A stretch of 64,000 nt of DNA from Tubiluchus corallicola. Taxonomy: Eukaryota; Animalia; Priapulida. The stretch is from the NCBI GenBank assembly GCA_030141605.1, contig JAQGDQ010000880.1, forward strand, positions 20,648-84,647. Direction: 5' to 3'. The translations under genes and the position numbers were made by a program. This document shows positions 1 through 35,551 of the stretch, in pieces. Position 1 is the stretch's first letter; each line of letters opens with the position of its first letter. The notes beneath the pieces were generated by a model. That model searched no databases. It was not told the DNA's origin and worked only from the letters and a program-made list of their open reading frames with translations.

Positions 1-14653
<14,653 letters not shown>

Positions 14654-15593
14654 TTTATTGACTCTGCCAGATGCATGGGGTCCCTGGCTTTAAGGAATGA
14701 TCCCGAATAAATACTTGGAGAAACCCGGATAGACTGACGCAACGTTTACATGGGATATAATAGTCGAAATAATAATGCAATCAAAATGAAATGCAATTAT
14801 TAATAAATTATTATTTTGACTCAATTATAAATCTTTTTAGCATTTTTCGACAAGTCCATTGTCCAGTTGAAAAAACATTGTGAAACGTCAAAAGATGAAT
14901 AAATTGGACAAACAATAAATTTAAATGCCGTTACTAGAATTAAAGAACTAGGCGTAGTTTTATATTGTTCTGCCTTTATTTAGAACAAATTGTGATATTG
15001 TTAGAACTTGCTGCTTGACAGTTAATTGACATCAGGGACAGACTTCTTGCAGCATTGTACAGAAGTATCCTTATTGGTAACGCACTAGTTTAGGCTTTTC
15101 TCTAACGTTTCAAGTTAAATTTTGAAAAAAGACATTGTTAAATAAAACTAAGACACTACCTAGTTTTCTTAATTGCCAACATTTAATTCACTGCTTATGA
15201 CAAATTTGGCTATTGTCACTCTCTATGGCGTGATATAATATATATATATATAGGGGTGATATGATATAGTAATATAATGGCGTGTATTTCAAATACGGTC
15301 AGGTATTCTGATATCGTTTAATATCAAAATAAACGTCTGAATGTACTAAAAGTCGTTTGTACCGATTATAATATTTTAGAGATAGTTTATAAACAGAAAG
15401 ATCGTGTCCACTGAGAGTCAGTTCAGAACACACGACTGACTGGATTGTAGAATCTTATAAATTTGATCTTTCCCTATGGCATGAAAATGTTGGCAAAGCA
15501 ATTTCACATTGCTAATGTTGTATTATTAGTTAAATGTGGCCACAAGGAGGAAGAAAAAAATTCGTTTACTGCCGTGACATTGCTGTCAAGCAA

Positions 15594-15665
15594 TGCCGTG
15601 ACCAGGATTCGAACCTGGGTTATTGCGGCCACAACGCAATGTACTAACCACTATACGATCACGGC
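15594..15665 (-). tRNA. tRNA-His (GTG)
   Basis: GCCGTGATCGTATAGTGGTTAGTACATTGCGTTGTGGCCGCAATAACCCAGGTTCGAATCCTGGTCACGGCA: 72 nt, intact cloverleaf, A/B boxes, T7 Pol III terminator at 15554-15560. Confidence 0.97.
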
Positions 15666-15967
15666 TAATACGGTAAACGATGGTTTACTTGGTTTAGAAA
15701 GCTTCTTGTATTGCATCGCTGCGTTGCAAACACTCTGTGTAGCCGGTTGTAATTCTATCGTGTTATATAATTTCTTGATTCTTTTCAAACTAACAATAAT
15801 TGTAAATTTAAATTCATAACGCTAGAGCACCAGCTGCTTTTTTTAATTGACGGCACCTAATTCACAGCAGTATTTTTAGTTCGTATTATGCTAGGCAATC
15901 AATTAAAATTTTCGTCAATTATGTGCAGGATTGGTACCTAGAGTTTGCAGTTAATTTTTATTCTTTG

Positions 15968-16012
15968 CTGGCAGAGGGCAGCATTTATGCTGCCTTTTTA
16001 GAGTTTGTCATT
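15968..16012 (+). promoter_or_regulatory. Putative RPL24 core promoter / 5'TOP-type pyrimidine tract with adjacent CTCF-like motif
   Basis: gcctttttag ~15-20 nt upstream of the ATG (ribosomal protein TCT/TOP-like); ctggcagagggcagca resembles CTCF consensus CCASYAGRKGGCRS. Confidence 0.35.
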
Positions 16013-23934
<7,922 letters not shown>

Positions 23935-25383
23935 TTGTACAAATGGAAGTGTAAAAATAAATTATTTAAAAACTTATAAAATGTGCATTTGTGTGTTTTG
24001 TATAACTTTGTACTGTTTAAATTTTAGCTTTTTTTGTAATAGATCTTTTTACGTTAATTTGTACAGCCCGATCTGCAACTTCCTGTATATGCAGTATGTA
24101 AGGCAGCTTGCATTTTAGATATTAAGTTTGGATTCTGTTGTGATTTGCTTATGCCATAAGAAGAAATGAGAGGCTTTCCGATTTCGTTTTTGGAACAAGC
24201 CATTTACATTGATACACTCGATACATTTTTCCTGCTACAAAGAATTATTGATATCATCTGATGACCAATATTATATTGTTTCCAACATTGTGATTTGGAG
24301 ATGTAGAACACATTTCAATGAAGCAAAAGTGATAAATGACAACAGATAGCCAATAACCAACTGTCAGAGGTAAAGGCACTATTCTTATTATTGTCCAAGC
24401 GATTCATTCATTAAGTGATGCCATCGTTTGGGAACAGAAATGCCATGCAACTACAATTCAAGAAAATAAAATTATGATGAATTGCCATACAGTGAGAAAG
24501 AATTCTGATGTGACAGTAACAGAATTACAGATAATCCGTACTGAATTGTGCACAAAATTTGCTCTAATTTAATAATAACTAGTGAGCGTTTTTGACTGTG
24601 TGAAAAGCTGTGGTAAGATTCTGTTTCTGTGACAGGAGATGCTTTAAATGACAGCTTTTGTTTTGTATTTACAAAATGAAAATTGTTTTCAGAGTAATTA
24701 ACAATAATGTATGTTGTTAACAGTATGTAAGTACTGTTCTTTCTGCCTCGATTAACAGTTTCAAGGAAACCAGAGCTTGTCACTTTTTGACCAGTAACCA
24801 GTGGTTCAACTCTCAAACAAATGTGACTCAAAATACACCATTCAACTTGTCTCATCAAACCTTTCATTTGATGTACTACAATCTACTCTTGCTTGACAAA
24901 GGAAGTGTTTACATCGCTGCCAGACAATTTCAGTCATTGTCCTCTAGGGGTGTCAGTGGTTGACCAGCCTAGACTTATGTCATACCATTCAATTCGAGAC
25001 CTTTCGTTTGCTGTATTATTATAATGTAATTACATCATTATTTGATATAATAAAGACATTAAAACTATAACTTTACCTGTGAGGCTGTGACCGCAGGGAC
25101 AAAGGTCAACAAATGCAGGCATGACTTGTACCACCACTCCATTATAGTCTCATTGATACCTTTCATTTGCTGGATACTGACAAGCATTTGTCTACATGAC
25201 CTCAGTTTTGGTTTTTACACCCTAACGGGCCAAGAGTCAACCAATTTGGGCGTAACTCATACCATTCCATTCCGCTGAAAAATTTCGGCTGAACCGTGCA
25301 GGGAAATTTCCTGTACGCAAATCACTCATATTCAGCTATGCACAACAACTCGATACCACCTAGCCGCATACCAAAAATTGTGG

Positions 25384-26117
25384 GGCGCTATTACACTTTC
25401 GCACCGCCTAGCTTTTCCTGGCCTATTGGTTCTTTTCACGCCTGCAGGCCTGAAAGCAGACCAACAGGCGTAATATACACCATATTCCCATAATATTATT
25501 GCTTTTTACGCTTTATAATTCCAGATTAAAATCATACATTATTTACCGCCGGCATTACGCAAAAAGCTCCACGTGCATAACTGTGTTTACACCACTAATG
25601 CGCAATCGCTCTCGCGCAGTGACGATGTGGCCCTTAACATGTATTTTTAGTTTCTTCGCATAATTTATGATTATTAGGGTTGCAGCCACGGGAGTTTTAT
25701 CGTATCGCGGGAAATTATTTTAGACCACTGTAGTTATTTATCTTTAATTTTATTTATTACTGTAGTATTATTACTATTAGATTATAAAAAAAGTAAAGGT
25801 TTTTTCTTTATTTCGTAAATGCGGTGAAGATGAAAGTGTGTCACGTGATTTTAAGTTAGGCCCTGATAATGCATAAACTAGTACGAAATTCCTCACGTGA
25901 CTACACACACAAACAAGATGGCGGTACGCCCTGTATAGGTGTAGAACTGTGAATACAGCGTAATTATTGGTAATTATACCTAAATATATGATTAAATTAT
26001 AATTAGATTAGCGGAAACATTCACTGATGACGTAAGAATAATAGAATGATGACGTACGAGCCTAAAAACGAGTAATAACCTAGAAAAAGCTAGGCGGTGC
26101 GAAAGCGTAATAGCGCC
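25384..26117. mobile_element. Merlin-like MITE (5'-GG termini, 8-bp TSD)
   Basis: TIR ggcgctattacactttcgcaccgcctagctttt / aaaagctaggcggtgcgaaagcgtaatagcgcc; perfect TSD aattgtgg (25376-25383, 26118-26125). Confidence 0.8.
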
Positions 26118-26218
26118 AATTGTGGCCCTAGCTTAAAACTGTAGGAGGAGATCCAACCTAACGAAAAACAAGATGTCCTGTCCATTCCGTGACCTTTGAC
26201 CCGAGAGTGACGGGTTAT

Positions 26219-27108
26219 CATACCTGTCAACCTATACGGTTTGGCCGTATTGCTGTACGGGAAAAATGCATTTTTGGCCCAATACGGCTTACAAGAAAAT
26301 CCATACGGCGAAAAGAAAAATATACGGCAAAATCAAAATGTTGCTCAGCGAAAATAATCGCATCGAATATTCCCTTTTCGATCGGTACTTTCATGCAGAC
26401 GATCTTACTTCCGTTCAAACGTTGTCATTGCGCACACTCAGCTAATAATTTTTAACATCTGGTTAACCACTTCCGCTATTTCATTTGTGAAAAAAAAACA
26501 TGGCAAGCGAACGTGTTCCTCTGGCGAAAAAGCAAAAAACTGGAACTGGACGTCATTTAAAAGAATGGGAGAGCCCAAAGTTTTGTGGTGGAGCATACGC
26601 TGGATGGGTGAAAGCCTCGTCAGAAGGCTCCGACTACTCGTTTTGTGTTCCATGTAGGAAAAATGTGAAAGTGCGAGCGCCCGGGTTTTACGACCTGAAG
26701 AGCCATTTCTCAACACGTGGACACAAGGATTCAGTGACTGTATAACAGGATATAAGGAAGAATGTGAGATTAACTTGAACCCTCTCTCGTTTTTATGTGT
26801 TTTGTCTTTTTTTTTAATATATATGTATATATAAAGTTAAGTGTTTGTTACAAAATTTCATCTGATATGCATACATAAATATCACACCATAACTAAATAG
26901 TTTTTTTTTCATGAAAACAAGACAATAAAATCATGTTCCAATGATTTTTTGTTGTTGTGTGGACTGATATGCGATCTCGTGACTGGTCTGTTTCTGTTGG
27001 CTCCCAGCGAATTAACATATTTTCAGATTCGGTAAGGTCCCGTGCTGCCTTATAAGGTTTAGCAAGACCCTATATAAGGGCAACGCTAATAACAGGTTGG
27101 CAGGTATG
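26219..27108 (+). mobile_element. Internally deleted hAT-like DNA transposon with 6-bp TSD
   Basis: TIR catacctgtcaacct / aggttggcaggtatg; TSD ggttat; subterminal tacgg repeats; carries an N-terminal transposase zinc-finger ORF. Confidence 0.8.
26500..26745 (+). CDS. 81-aa BED/TTF-like zinc-finger ORF (truncated hAT transposase N-terminus)
   Basis: ATG in good context (aacATGG); KKQK NLS-like patch; W...W...FCVPC...G..DLKSHFSTRGH (C-x2-C...H-x5-H). Expression unknown. Confidence 0.5.
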   Translation: MASERVPLAKKQKTGTGRHLKEWESPKFCGGAYAGWVKASSEGSDYSFCVPCRKNVKVRAPGFYDLKSHFSTRGHKDSVTV

Positions 27109-27343
27109 GGTTATGTGCAAACATAAGCCCAGTGCGTGTGCGAGCTATTAAAAGAACAAAACGGCAGAATAACAATAGTAATAACCGCGGGTAAAACAAG
27201 AACAGCAGAATCCTAATGATGCTGATTCAGTTGTTACGTTTATTACGCTAAGGTATCTGTGACCAAACATCAAAGTTGCGAAATTTTGCTTTCTGTTTTC
27301 CTCAAAAGGTGGCAGACACTGCTATTTTGTCCTGCAACTTTTG

Positions 27344-27479
27344 TTTCGCGCCATAAATCGCGAAGTTGCTTGAACTTCTTCATTGAAAACAATTTTTCTG
27401 TTATTTACTTGTATGAAAATATTAAATGTATTGTTACTTTTAAGGTATTGTTGCCGCTGAAGTAAACAAGTCGTTTGAA
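27344..27479 (+). promoter_or_regulatory. E2F site (TTTCGCGC) and CHR-like TTTGAA upstream of ASF1
   Basis: TTTCGCGCCA at 27344, TTTGAA at 27474; ASF1 family genes are known E2F/S-phase targets. Confidence 0.4.
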
Positions 27480-27600
27480 ATGAGATAATTTAATATTCAG
27501 TTTTCGAATTGGTTCCCATTCATGTGTTTTGGCGAGTCTACAATACGCGGTTTTTCATCGTTGTGAATTTGTGTCACGACTCGAGAATCGTATTGTGATT

Positions 27601-30600
27601 ATGGCAAAGGTTCAAGTGACAAACGTAGTTGTTCTTGACAACCCGTCGCCTTTCTTTAATCCATTTCAGTTTGAAATTACTTTTGAATGCATAGAAAATC
27701 TTCAAGAAGGTAAAATTGAAATGTCAACATTCTTTTATATATTAACAAGTCAGAAAAGATAACTTTGCATAAGAACAATATCAAGTACGATTATGATTAC
27801 ATTAAGTCTTAAAGTACTGAATAATTTACTCGTGTGTGTGAGAAGATAACAGGTGTATTAAGAAAATAAAAATATTGAATACAGTAACAGTAAATTCCAT
27901 ATTTATACAAGTGAAGCTGCCTTGAAAACACTACACTAGCAAGTGTTTTATATAGTATGTGCAAGATAACTTTAAATTTGAAGTAGATGTTTGAGAACAT
28001 ACTTTGCATCAGAAGTGGAGAAGTATTTGATTTTATAGTGATTGTTTACCTCAGCAATAAGAATAATATGTTTTCTTTTGTTATATTTGCCTGCGTGTGT
28101 GTTTTGAATGTGTGCATTTTTGTACCTTTACCCTGTTGTTCAGTGAACAGTATGCGAGTTTTCCTTAGTTAAATGATGCTACAGAATACAAAAAACAACT
28201 GAGACTGCATATCTATGACACAAAAATTCAAGATTGTGTAGCTGATTATAAATATTCGGCACACTTGAAATCCCAATTCTACTTTTAATTTATTTTCTTA
28301 GTTATCACTTAATTGTCATTTTTTGTAGATTTGGAATGGAAAATTATTTATGTTGGTTCAGCAGAGAGTGAAGAACATGATCAAGTTTTAGATTCTGTTT
28401 TAGTTGGGCCAGTTCCTGAAGGAAAACACATGTTCGTTTTTCAGGTATGGTTTAGGTAGTAAGCTGGTAATCCCACGGCACTCTTTTATGTTGTCGTTCA
28501 ATACTTTTGTTTGAAGAAGTGTACTAAATACTGCAGTCGAATCCCAGTAATACGATTTTCAATTGACCAAATTATTTTTTAGTATTATTGTTTTGTTTAG
28601 ATTTTTGTTTCCAACTTTATTATTTTTTTGTTTTCAGTTCTTTTTGGATAATTTGTATCATTTATACTGTTTTTATTATTATTTTTTCTTATTTGTTTTT
28701 GTTATCTGCAGCATCACCGTTAATTTTTAATATACTAATCTATTTATAAGAAAGGGCAGGAGACTAGATGACCCTATGGTCCTTCCCTGCCCTACCACAT
28801 GATTATAATTACTTAATATTTAAAAAACTTTTGATGTTAAACTAATTGGAGAAAATAAATATTCTATGTCTATGTCTATTAGGCATGTTTTGTATTATTG
28901 AGTGTCACATTTTTGCTAATTCCTAATATGTTATTTCCAATGCAAAATAGCAGTCAAATGATGCCTCTAGCCTACATTGGTTTTCTTTTGATCAGTGGAC
29001 ATAATTCAAGCTTGTTTAACCCCCACAAGTACAAGCTACTAAATTATATCGTATGTGCCACTTACAGAAATACATTCTCACTATACCATGGCTGCTAATG
29101 GTGACTGTTTTTTTTTATGAGAGATTCCAAATCAGGTGCGGATGTAATAGTGTTAAAGCAAAGGGAGTTGAATTATGGAACTCTCTACCAAGAAACATCA
29201 CTACCGGCCCCATAAATACCTTCACTAAAAATTACAAAAAATCCTTGCTAGACAGATATGTATCAATATTAGAGTAATTGCATTTTTTTACATTACAACT
29301 CATTAAAATGATTCAGTTAAAAAATTGTGAATCTAATATTCTGTGCAATTTCGTTTAATATGGGAAATCTGCATAAACTACGACATTGTGATTAATTTCA
29401 TCGTCATTTTGTTTTACCACTGTTTTGTTTATAAAAATTGGTTTTAAAAAAAATTTGCTAATGCATATTTTTTGTGTATGGACTATACCTAATTAGCGAT
29501 TACTTGTATACAGTGACCCAAATTAACAGCTCTGCTTTGCTTTTACATTTCTTTTTTAGTTATTTAATGATATACACATTATTTTAGTTGCCGAAAACTT
29601 TGTAAACAACTGTACATTATTATCATTTTATTTATTTCGTAACTATTTATTGTGAAAATTGTGATACTTATTCATCATCTGCATTTATTATTATTCTTTT
29701 TTCCACTTATGCCATCATTGTTATACAACAATTCACATTTTAACCTTTTTCACATTATCACGAATGGCTGGAATGTTTATTATTGTTATGTTTTTTCTAT
29801 ATTTTTGTCTTTTGTTATTGCTTTAGTTTGATCATTTTATTTAAGTAAATTAACAATAATTGCATCCAGTGTCATCAATTTTTTTTCTGCTATTACAATA
29901 TTAAATCATAAGGGGTGAGTGACTAGATGACCCATGGTCTTTCCTCATCCCATCTCCATGGATATAGTAAAGTTTTTTTTTGTAAATTGGAAATTTGTGA
30001 AACATTACTGAAGAAAATAAATGTATGTATCTATATCGACTCGCTGCTCGTCTGTCTAGTCTGCAAACAAGAGAGTTTGCCGTGCCAGAAAGTGCAGTAT
30101 GTTGCTTTTTGCTATCTTCATATTATAATCAAATACTTATAAACCAGGCCTCATTGTTTACAGGTAGAAGGACAGACAGTAACAAATATAGGTAATTTAC
30201 ACGATAATGGCGAATTTTAATCATAGTGTGAAGCCAGATGCTTTTTGACTGCGCAGATGTGGCATTTAACCTATGTAGCTGATTGATTAAATCAACAGTA
30301 GGTACTGTACGCACTTGCATTGCACTATCATGCATAATTTTATGTAAAAACAATCACTGTGGCAACTCTGGAGGGTCCGGCCACAGCAGAAATCGTACTA
30401 CACTGTTTTTTTTTACTTATATGTACAAACGAGGATTCCTAGTAATGAGTTTCGTAGTAACCATACGTGATTCATAGGTTTTATTAGAAGCTTGGCAGGA
30501 ACATAATAAAATCGTTGTATTATTGAGAGTTTTGTTATAAGCCGAATCGTATTACCATGATTCGACTGTATTTCAGTTCAATTTACACTTTTGATTCTTG

Positions 30601-32473
30601 ATTCAGACTTAGGTCCACATTTAAATACGCAGGAACTATATAAAATGTACATAAGACATAATGTTCATACACTAGTTTACGAAGTGCACAAGGTATTGAA
30701 GGTATCGTGGAAAACAAGCAGAGACAGGCCTTGATTGTTAGAAACTGTAGCTTAAATTTGTGTTGCAAGGATAAAATTTAGTTTATGTTCATGTCAAGAC
30801 TTAATATTAGAAGTAGTAACCCCATAAATAAATCTTTCTATTTGAAATTGGTTCACCCACGCTAGTGCCGTAGATGAATAATTGATTTAATATTAAATAG
30901 TTTAATTTGCTTAAATACTTTTCTACCTTTTTTCACCATGTAATCTTGATGTCGTGATTTTTCTTACTAGGCTGACCCACCAAATCCCCAACTCATTCCA
31001 GTAGCTGACGCAGTTGGTGTGACTGTAGTTTTGATAACTTGTTCATATAAAAACCAGGAATTTGTACGAGTGGGTTACTATGTCAACAACGAGTATGCTG
31101 ACCAAGAGATGCGAGAGAATCCTCCCGCCGTTCCAGCGTTTGATAAGGTATTTATAAATATGTCATGCACAATATGATTTAGCTGATCATCGGGGGGGGG
31201 GTGTCACTACCATGGTTGGCCCAGAAAATTTTTGAACTGCTAGAACGCCGGAAAAGCATTTTCGAAGAGAAAATATGGAGTTATACAGTTGTTAAAGGAA
31301 AGAACAATTGAAAGAAAAACTGCTTTATTCTCAAGACCAGTCCTTAATACTTGTCAATACTGGCAAACGGCACGCGTGCGGCAAGAGAGTGGGAGAGAGG
31401 AGGCAGTATGTTCGCATAAACTCCACAAAGCAAAAAATGTTACCTTGGCGCGAGGACCCCCTGGAGGGTGAGGCCCCGGGGAAGTATCCCCACTTCCCCC
31501 CCTAGAAATAGGCCCTGGGTTTGAGTCATTCAGAAAAATGTAAAAGTGACATATAATGAAACAAAGATGAGTTAGATAAGCGCTCCACCATAACTTAAGC
31601 TTTCATGCTTCTCATCTTCACAACTATTTTTCCTCGTTTAAAACTTTGCATTCCAGCTGCGAATGAGTGAGACTTGACAGGGAAAACTTGTCACTTTGTT
31701 ATTCTACATGAGCATCTTTTCTCTGCCGTGGAAACAAAGCTCGTGGAAACTTGTTCATGCAGTTTTTGAACAAGCAAAACTTAATGTGTCAGTTTTTCCA
31801 TTGCCCTGTATTTTCTCCTTTTTAATCAAGAACTAGCGAACTTTTCATTAGTTTATTTTTATTTGATTTTAAGCACAAGCAGCAATTTTTAAAATCATTA
31901 GATTTTTTGTTTTTCCCTCTGCCTGTATTTTGACATCTGCTTACCCTAGTTTAATTTCTTTCAATATTCAAAAACTTTTTCATGATTAAAAATCCACACC
32001 TTTTTTTACTGGGTAAATCATAGTTTTTGTCATGTAATTTTTTTCAATTTTTCGTTCCTCGTGTATATTGATTTACATGTCAATATTGATTATCCATTAT
32101 TGATTTATATTGGAGATAATCAGAAATGACTCAACTGACTATGACTGATATTCGTATTAAAAAAATGGATTTCTATTTTGGCATTAGTATCTATGAATAT
32201 AAGACGTGTCTTTTCTATAACACCTTAATTATAAAGTTGTTTTTGTTTTTTGAACAGTTAGCGAGGAATATCTTAGCATCGGATCCTCGTGTAACCCGAT
32301 TTAAAATTGACTGGGGAGATGTGAATGAAAATGAGGAAAACATCCAACCAATGATTTCGACTGACACATCATCAAATCAAATGCCTATGGAGACATCCAA
32401 TCAAGATTCAGATGGCTTAAGTGCAGCAAAATCCTTGCAACCACAGGCACTTGGTATAGGACAAGTCTTGTGA
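27601..32473 (+). CDS. ASF1: Histone chaperone ASF1, 205 aa, 4 coding exons
   Basis: Exons 27601-27709, 28329-28444, 30971-31147, 32258-32473; [32 protein letters not shown]...[30 protein letters not shown]...[13 protein letters not shown]...[19 protein letters not shown]. Confidence 0.97.
28534..30568. mobile_element. Tc1/pogo-like element in ASF1 intron 2 carrying nested LINE 3' fragments
   Basis: TIR cagtcgaatcccagtaatacgatt / aatcgtattaccatgattcgactg-TA (left flank reads TG). Confidence 0.7.
29100..30035 (+). mobile_element. L2/CR1-type LINE 3' end (RT C-terminus plus AT-rich 3' UTR and stem-loop tail)
   Basis: [17 protein letters not shown]...[10 protein letters not shown]; tail with hairpin ggggtgag...ctcatccc, AATAAA and tgta/tcta repeats; a second tail copy at ~28740-28880. 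Confidence 0.7.
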
Positions 32474-35176
32474 TGAGTAGCAAAATATGTAAATATTAAA
32501 ACTGTAATTATGCCGTTTTTGTTTCACTTCATGTTTGTGGTTTGATATGTGAGTATTAATCTTGAGACTTCGACTTAAAATTGTAAAATTGTAAATAATA
32601 CAAATTTTGGAAGGAACTTTGAGTAGTGTATTAGTGTTAATAGGTAGATTTGCGTGTGTGTGCCAGATCACCGATACTGAGTTAAAAACTAGGGATTCAC
32701 CGGATCCGGTTCTGGATATACAAGTTAACGTAAATGATATTTCATTTGTTTTAGACTTTTGGTCATGTGGTGGCATCATCTGTCCATTTTCAGGATCACT
32801 GCTTAATTTTAAGTGGAAACACTCCTAACTTTGGTGTACTATAACTTTAAACGGTTGATCCACCCTTGGTTTGAAGTAAAAACTGCCGAACTACGCGTTT
32901 ACCGGAAGTAGACGGCTCTAAACTTTTTTAGGGGATTTTTTGCGGCAATAAGGCGTTCCTTGCATGCTCCTTTTCTGCATGGAACCACAACGTGAAGATT
33001 ACTGGTATTGCTTGCGCTGCAAGTGTCACAGCATAAAAACTATGTGATACTTTCGTAAATTTCTGAAAATTTTAATACAAAATCATCTCGTTCTTTAAAA
33101 AATTACGACAATACATGTAATTAAATTGTATGTAATTTTTCTCTTATCTGCTTGTAATTTCACAATCGGTGGGCAGTTGTTAGTTCTACACATAGAAAAA
33201 TAGAAAGGACAAACAGTGCAAATCCAACGAAATTTTTTGCCGGAACCACATCCACTAAATTTACTAGATCTCGGGATCCGTTACATCACTATTCAAAACA
33301 ATATTTATATGCATTTTAAAATATACTCTGTTTTCTATTTTGTCTGTAAACTGAACTACCAGCCTACTAGTAGTGATAAACCTATAAGATAAGTAATAGG
33401 ATGCCTGCATGTATGAGTGATAATACACTACAAGAAATTCAATTGAATCTTGGCTTTTGAGTTCATTATTAAACACTTTTGAACAAACTGCGAAGCATAA
33501 TAAAAATAATAATGTGAGCAACAAGCTTAATATAGCTTTAACATTGGTAAGAAAATTTAAAACTGATGCTTTATAGAGAATTACATTTATAATTGATAAT
33601 GCTGCTTTTCATGGATAAAACAATTTTCCTGTGATGACAATTTCAATTTGAATGATTTGCAAAAAGAAGCCATTTAATATTTTATAGAGTATTAAATTAA
33701 TAATTGCAAATACTTTTTCAAAATAATTTTTCCTGTGATGACCTTGTGTGCATATTGATATTCGTGTGCATGTTGTTGTGCAAAGCAAATAAAAAGTATG
33801 CACTGTATAAATTGTGTTTTTTTTGCTTTTATTGATAGACATGTCTTTTCTAATGCTGTCTAAGACACCAATTTTAATTTAAGGACAAGAATTTTGTAAG
33901 ACCGTGGGTTAAAATGTAGTTTAAATTTCTCCCATTTTGGTTTCCCAACAAGTTGTGGCTTTCTTTATTGAATTTTGTCGAAGTATCTAAAAATAACACT
34001 TAAAATATCTGAATCCAACTATGAACTATTTCCCTTGGTGTAAACCTCTCATGTACATTTTCTGTTATTACCATCTGTCAGCTCTTTAAAAAAAGCAGGT
34101 CCTGATCAAAACTTGATAAGAACCCGAGGCACACATCCACTTAAGAGCCCTACAGATTGTCCTGGCTAGAGCCCGTGGCTTTACCTAATGGCATACACCA
34201 AAACGAGGTTCCTAACATCATAGCTGTGAAAAATAACTGGCAATGTTTTTGATATACCAATGCCATGTGAATGTCATTGCTGCTGGCACTGATGTCAGTT
34301 AATTTGCATGGTAAATCTGAGTTGTGTCATATTTGCTAGATGGAATAACATTTTCATGGTGACAATCTCATTATAGAGGCAGCCTAGTAGTTAAAAATTA
34401 TAATAAAAATTTTGTGTTTTAAAGTAATATGCATTACTTTTATAAAATAATGGGAGCTCTGTAGCGCCTGGAACCTCATGATGAAGTGCCTCATTGTCAG
34501 TCAGGCACTGGTTAGATATCTGTATGTCGTACATTGCAGAAACAGCATATGGTATTACAGGAAGTCAAGAAGAGTACTCCATGGTACTTTAAGTTGCTGT
34601 ATAAACTGACGTGACACTAAAATTAGCTCTAATAGAGTAATCCTCTTGATCATCAGATACATCTACTTAAATTTCATGCTCTTCCTAGAGTTATTATTAT
34701 TTTAATTCCTAGACTTAGTAGATGTTGACTAAATGAATTTCATTTAAATGAACCTGTAAACTTTTAATGGTAGCATAATTAGTGCAGGCAGTGCAGTCGA
34801 TTATAATTACAGTGTGAAGGGCTTATAACTGTTCTTCAAGGATGAGAAATTGAAAATCTGCTTTAAGGCTGTATTTGGTCTGTCACACACGACATCGAAA
34901 GTGTGCCATCCCAGTAAATTATTTAATTTTCTTCATTATGCTAACGTGGAGTAAAAAATAAGCCATATGATTACATAGTGACTGTGTAGTAATTCTGTTA
35001 ATCATGAGGTGCACCCTTATTGGAGGCTAAACAACTTGGAGGTTGATTGGTTACTGTAGTACTCACTAAAAAGTAGGTAATGGTGACAAAACAAGTTCGC
35101 CCAATTCGATGAACAGAGCAGATTTTTTGTAAATATTTAAACACTGTTTATAGTCCATTACTAATTCATTGAACAA

Positions 35177-35551
35177 TAGGGGTGAGCATTCTCTACCAGA
35201 AAGCGAATTCGAATCGAACCGAACTTCAGTGTTTCGAATTTGAACCGAATTGAGATTGAAAGATTTTCGAACCACCAGTAAAAATTAGTCTTACAAAGAT
35301 CATGCATATCACTAGATTTTGTTCTGCAATAAAACGACTAGTAATTTGCTTAAAATTGTGCGCAGAAATCACGCTAAATGCATGATGTTTCAATCGTTTT
35401 AGTGATGAAGAACATATGTGATTGAAGTGCTGAATTATTCGAATCTATAGTTTTGGATTCGAATCGAGTTCGAACTACAAAAACTCGTTCGAATCGAATT
35501 CGTTAAATATTCGTTAACATATTTAACTCGAACGTTCGATGCTCACCCCTA
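35177..35551. mobile_element. hAT (Ac-like) MITE, family shared with 51217-51572
   Basis: taggggtgagcat / atgctcaccccta; perfect 8-bp TSD ttgaacaa; many ttcgaatcga subterminal repeats. Confidence 0.9.

Larger units (their letters stand above)
25050..27175. mobile_element. Interspersed repeat (Helitron/Helentron-like non-autonomous) acting as host for two nested DNA transposons
   Basis: gtgacctttgacc and aaaggtcaa motifs, taccaaaa...ccctagcttaaaactgtaggaggag and terminal cataagccc...gagctattaaaa; becomes contiguous when the two inserts and their TSDs are removed. Family assignment is from recall only; boundaries approximate. Confidence 0.45.

Noticed and set aside
24472-24867. 131-aa minus-strand ORF downstream of RPL24
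   Set aside because: No recognisable motif or supporting splice structure.
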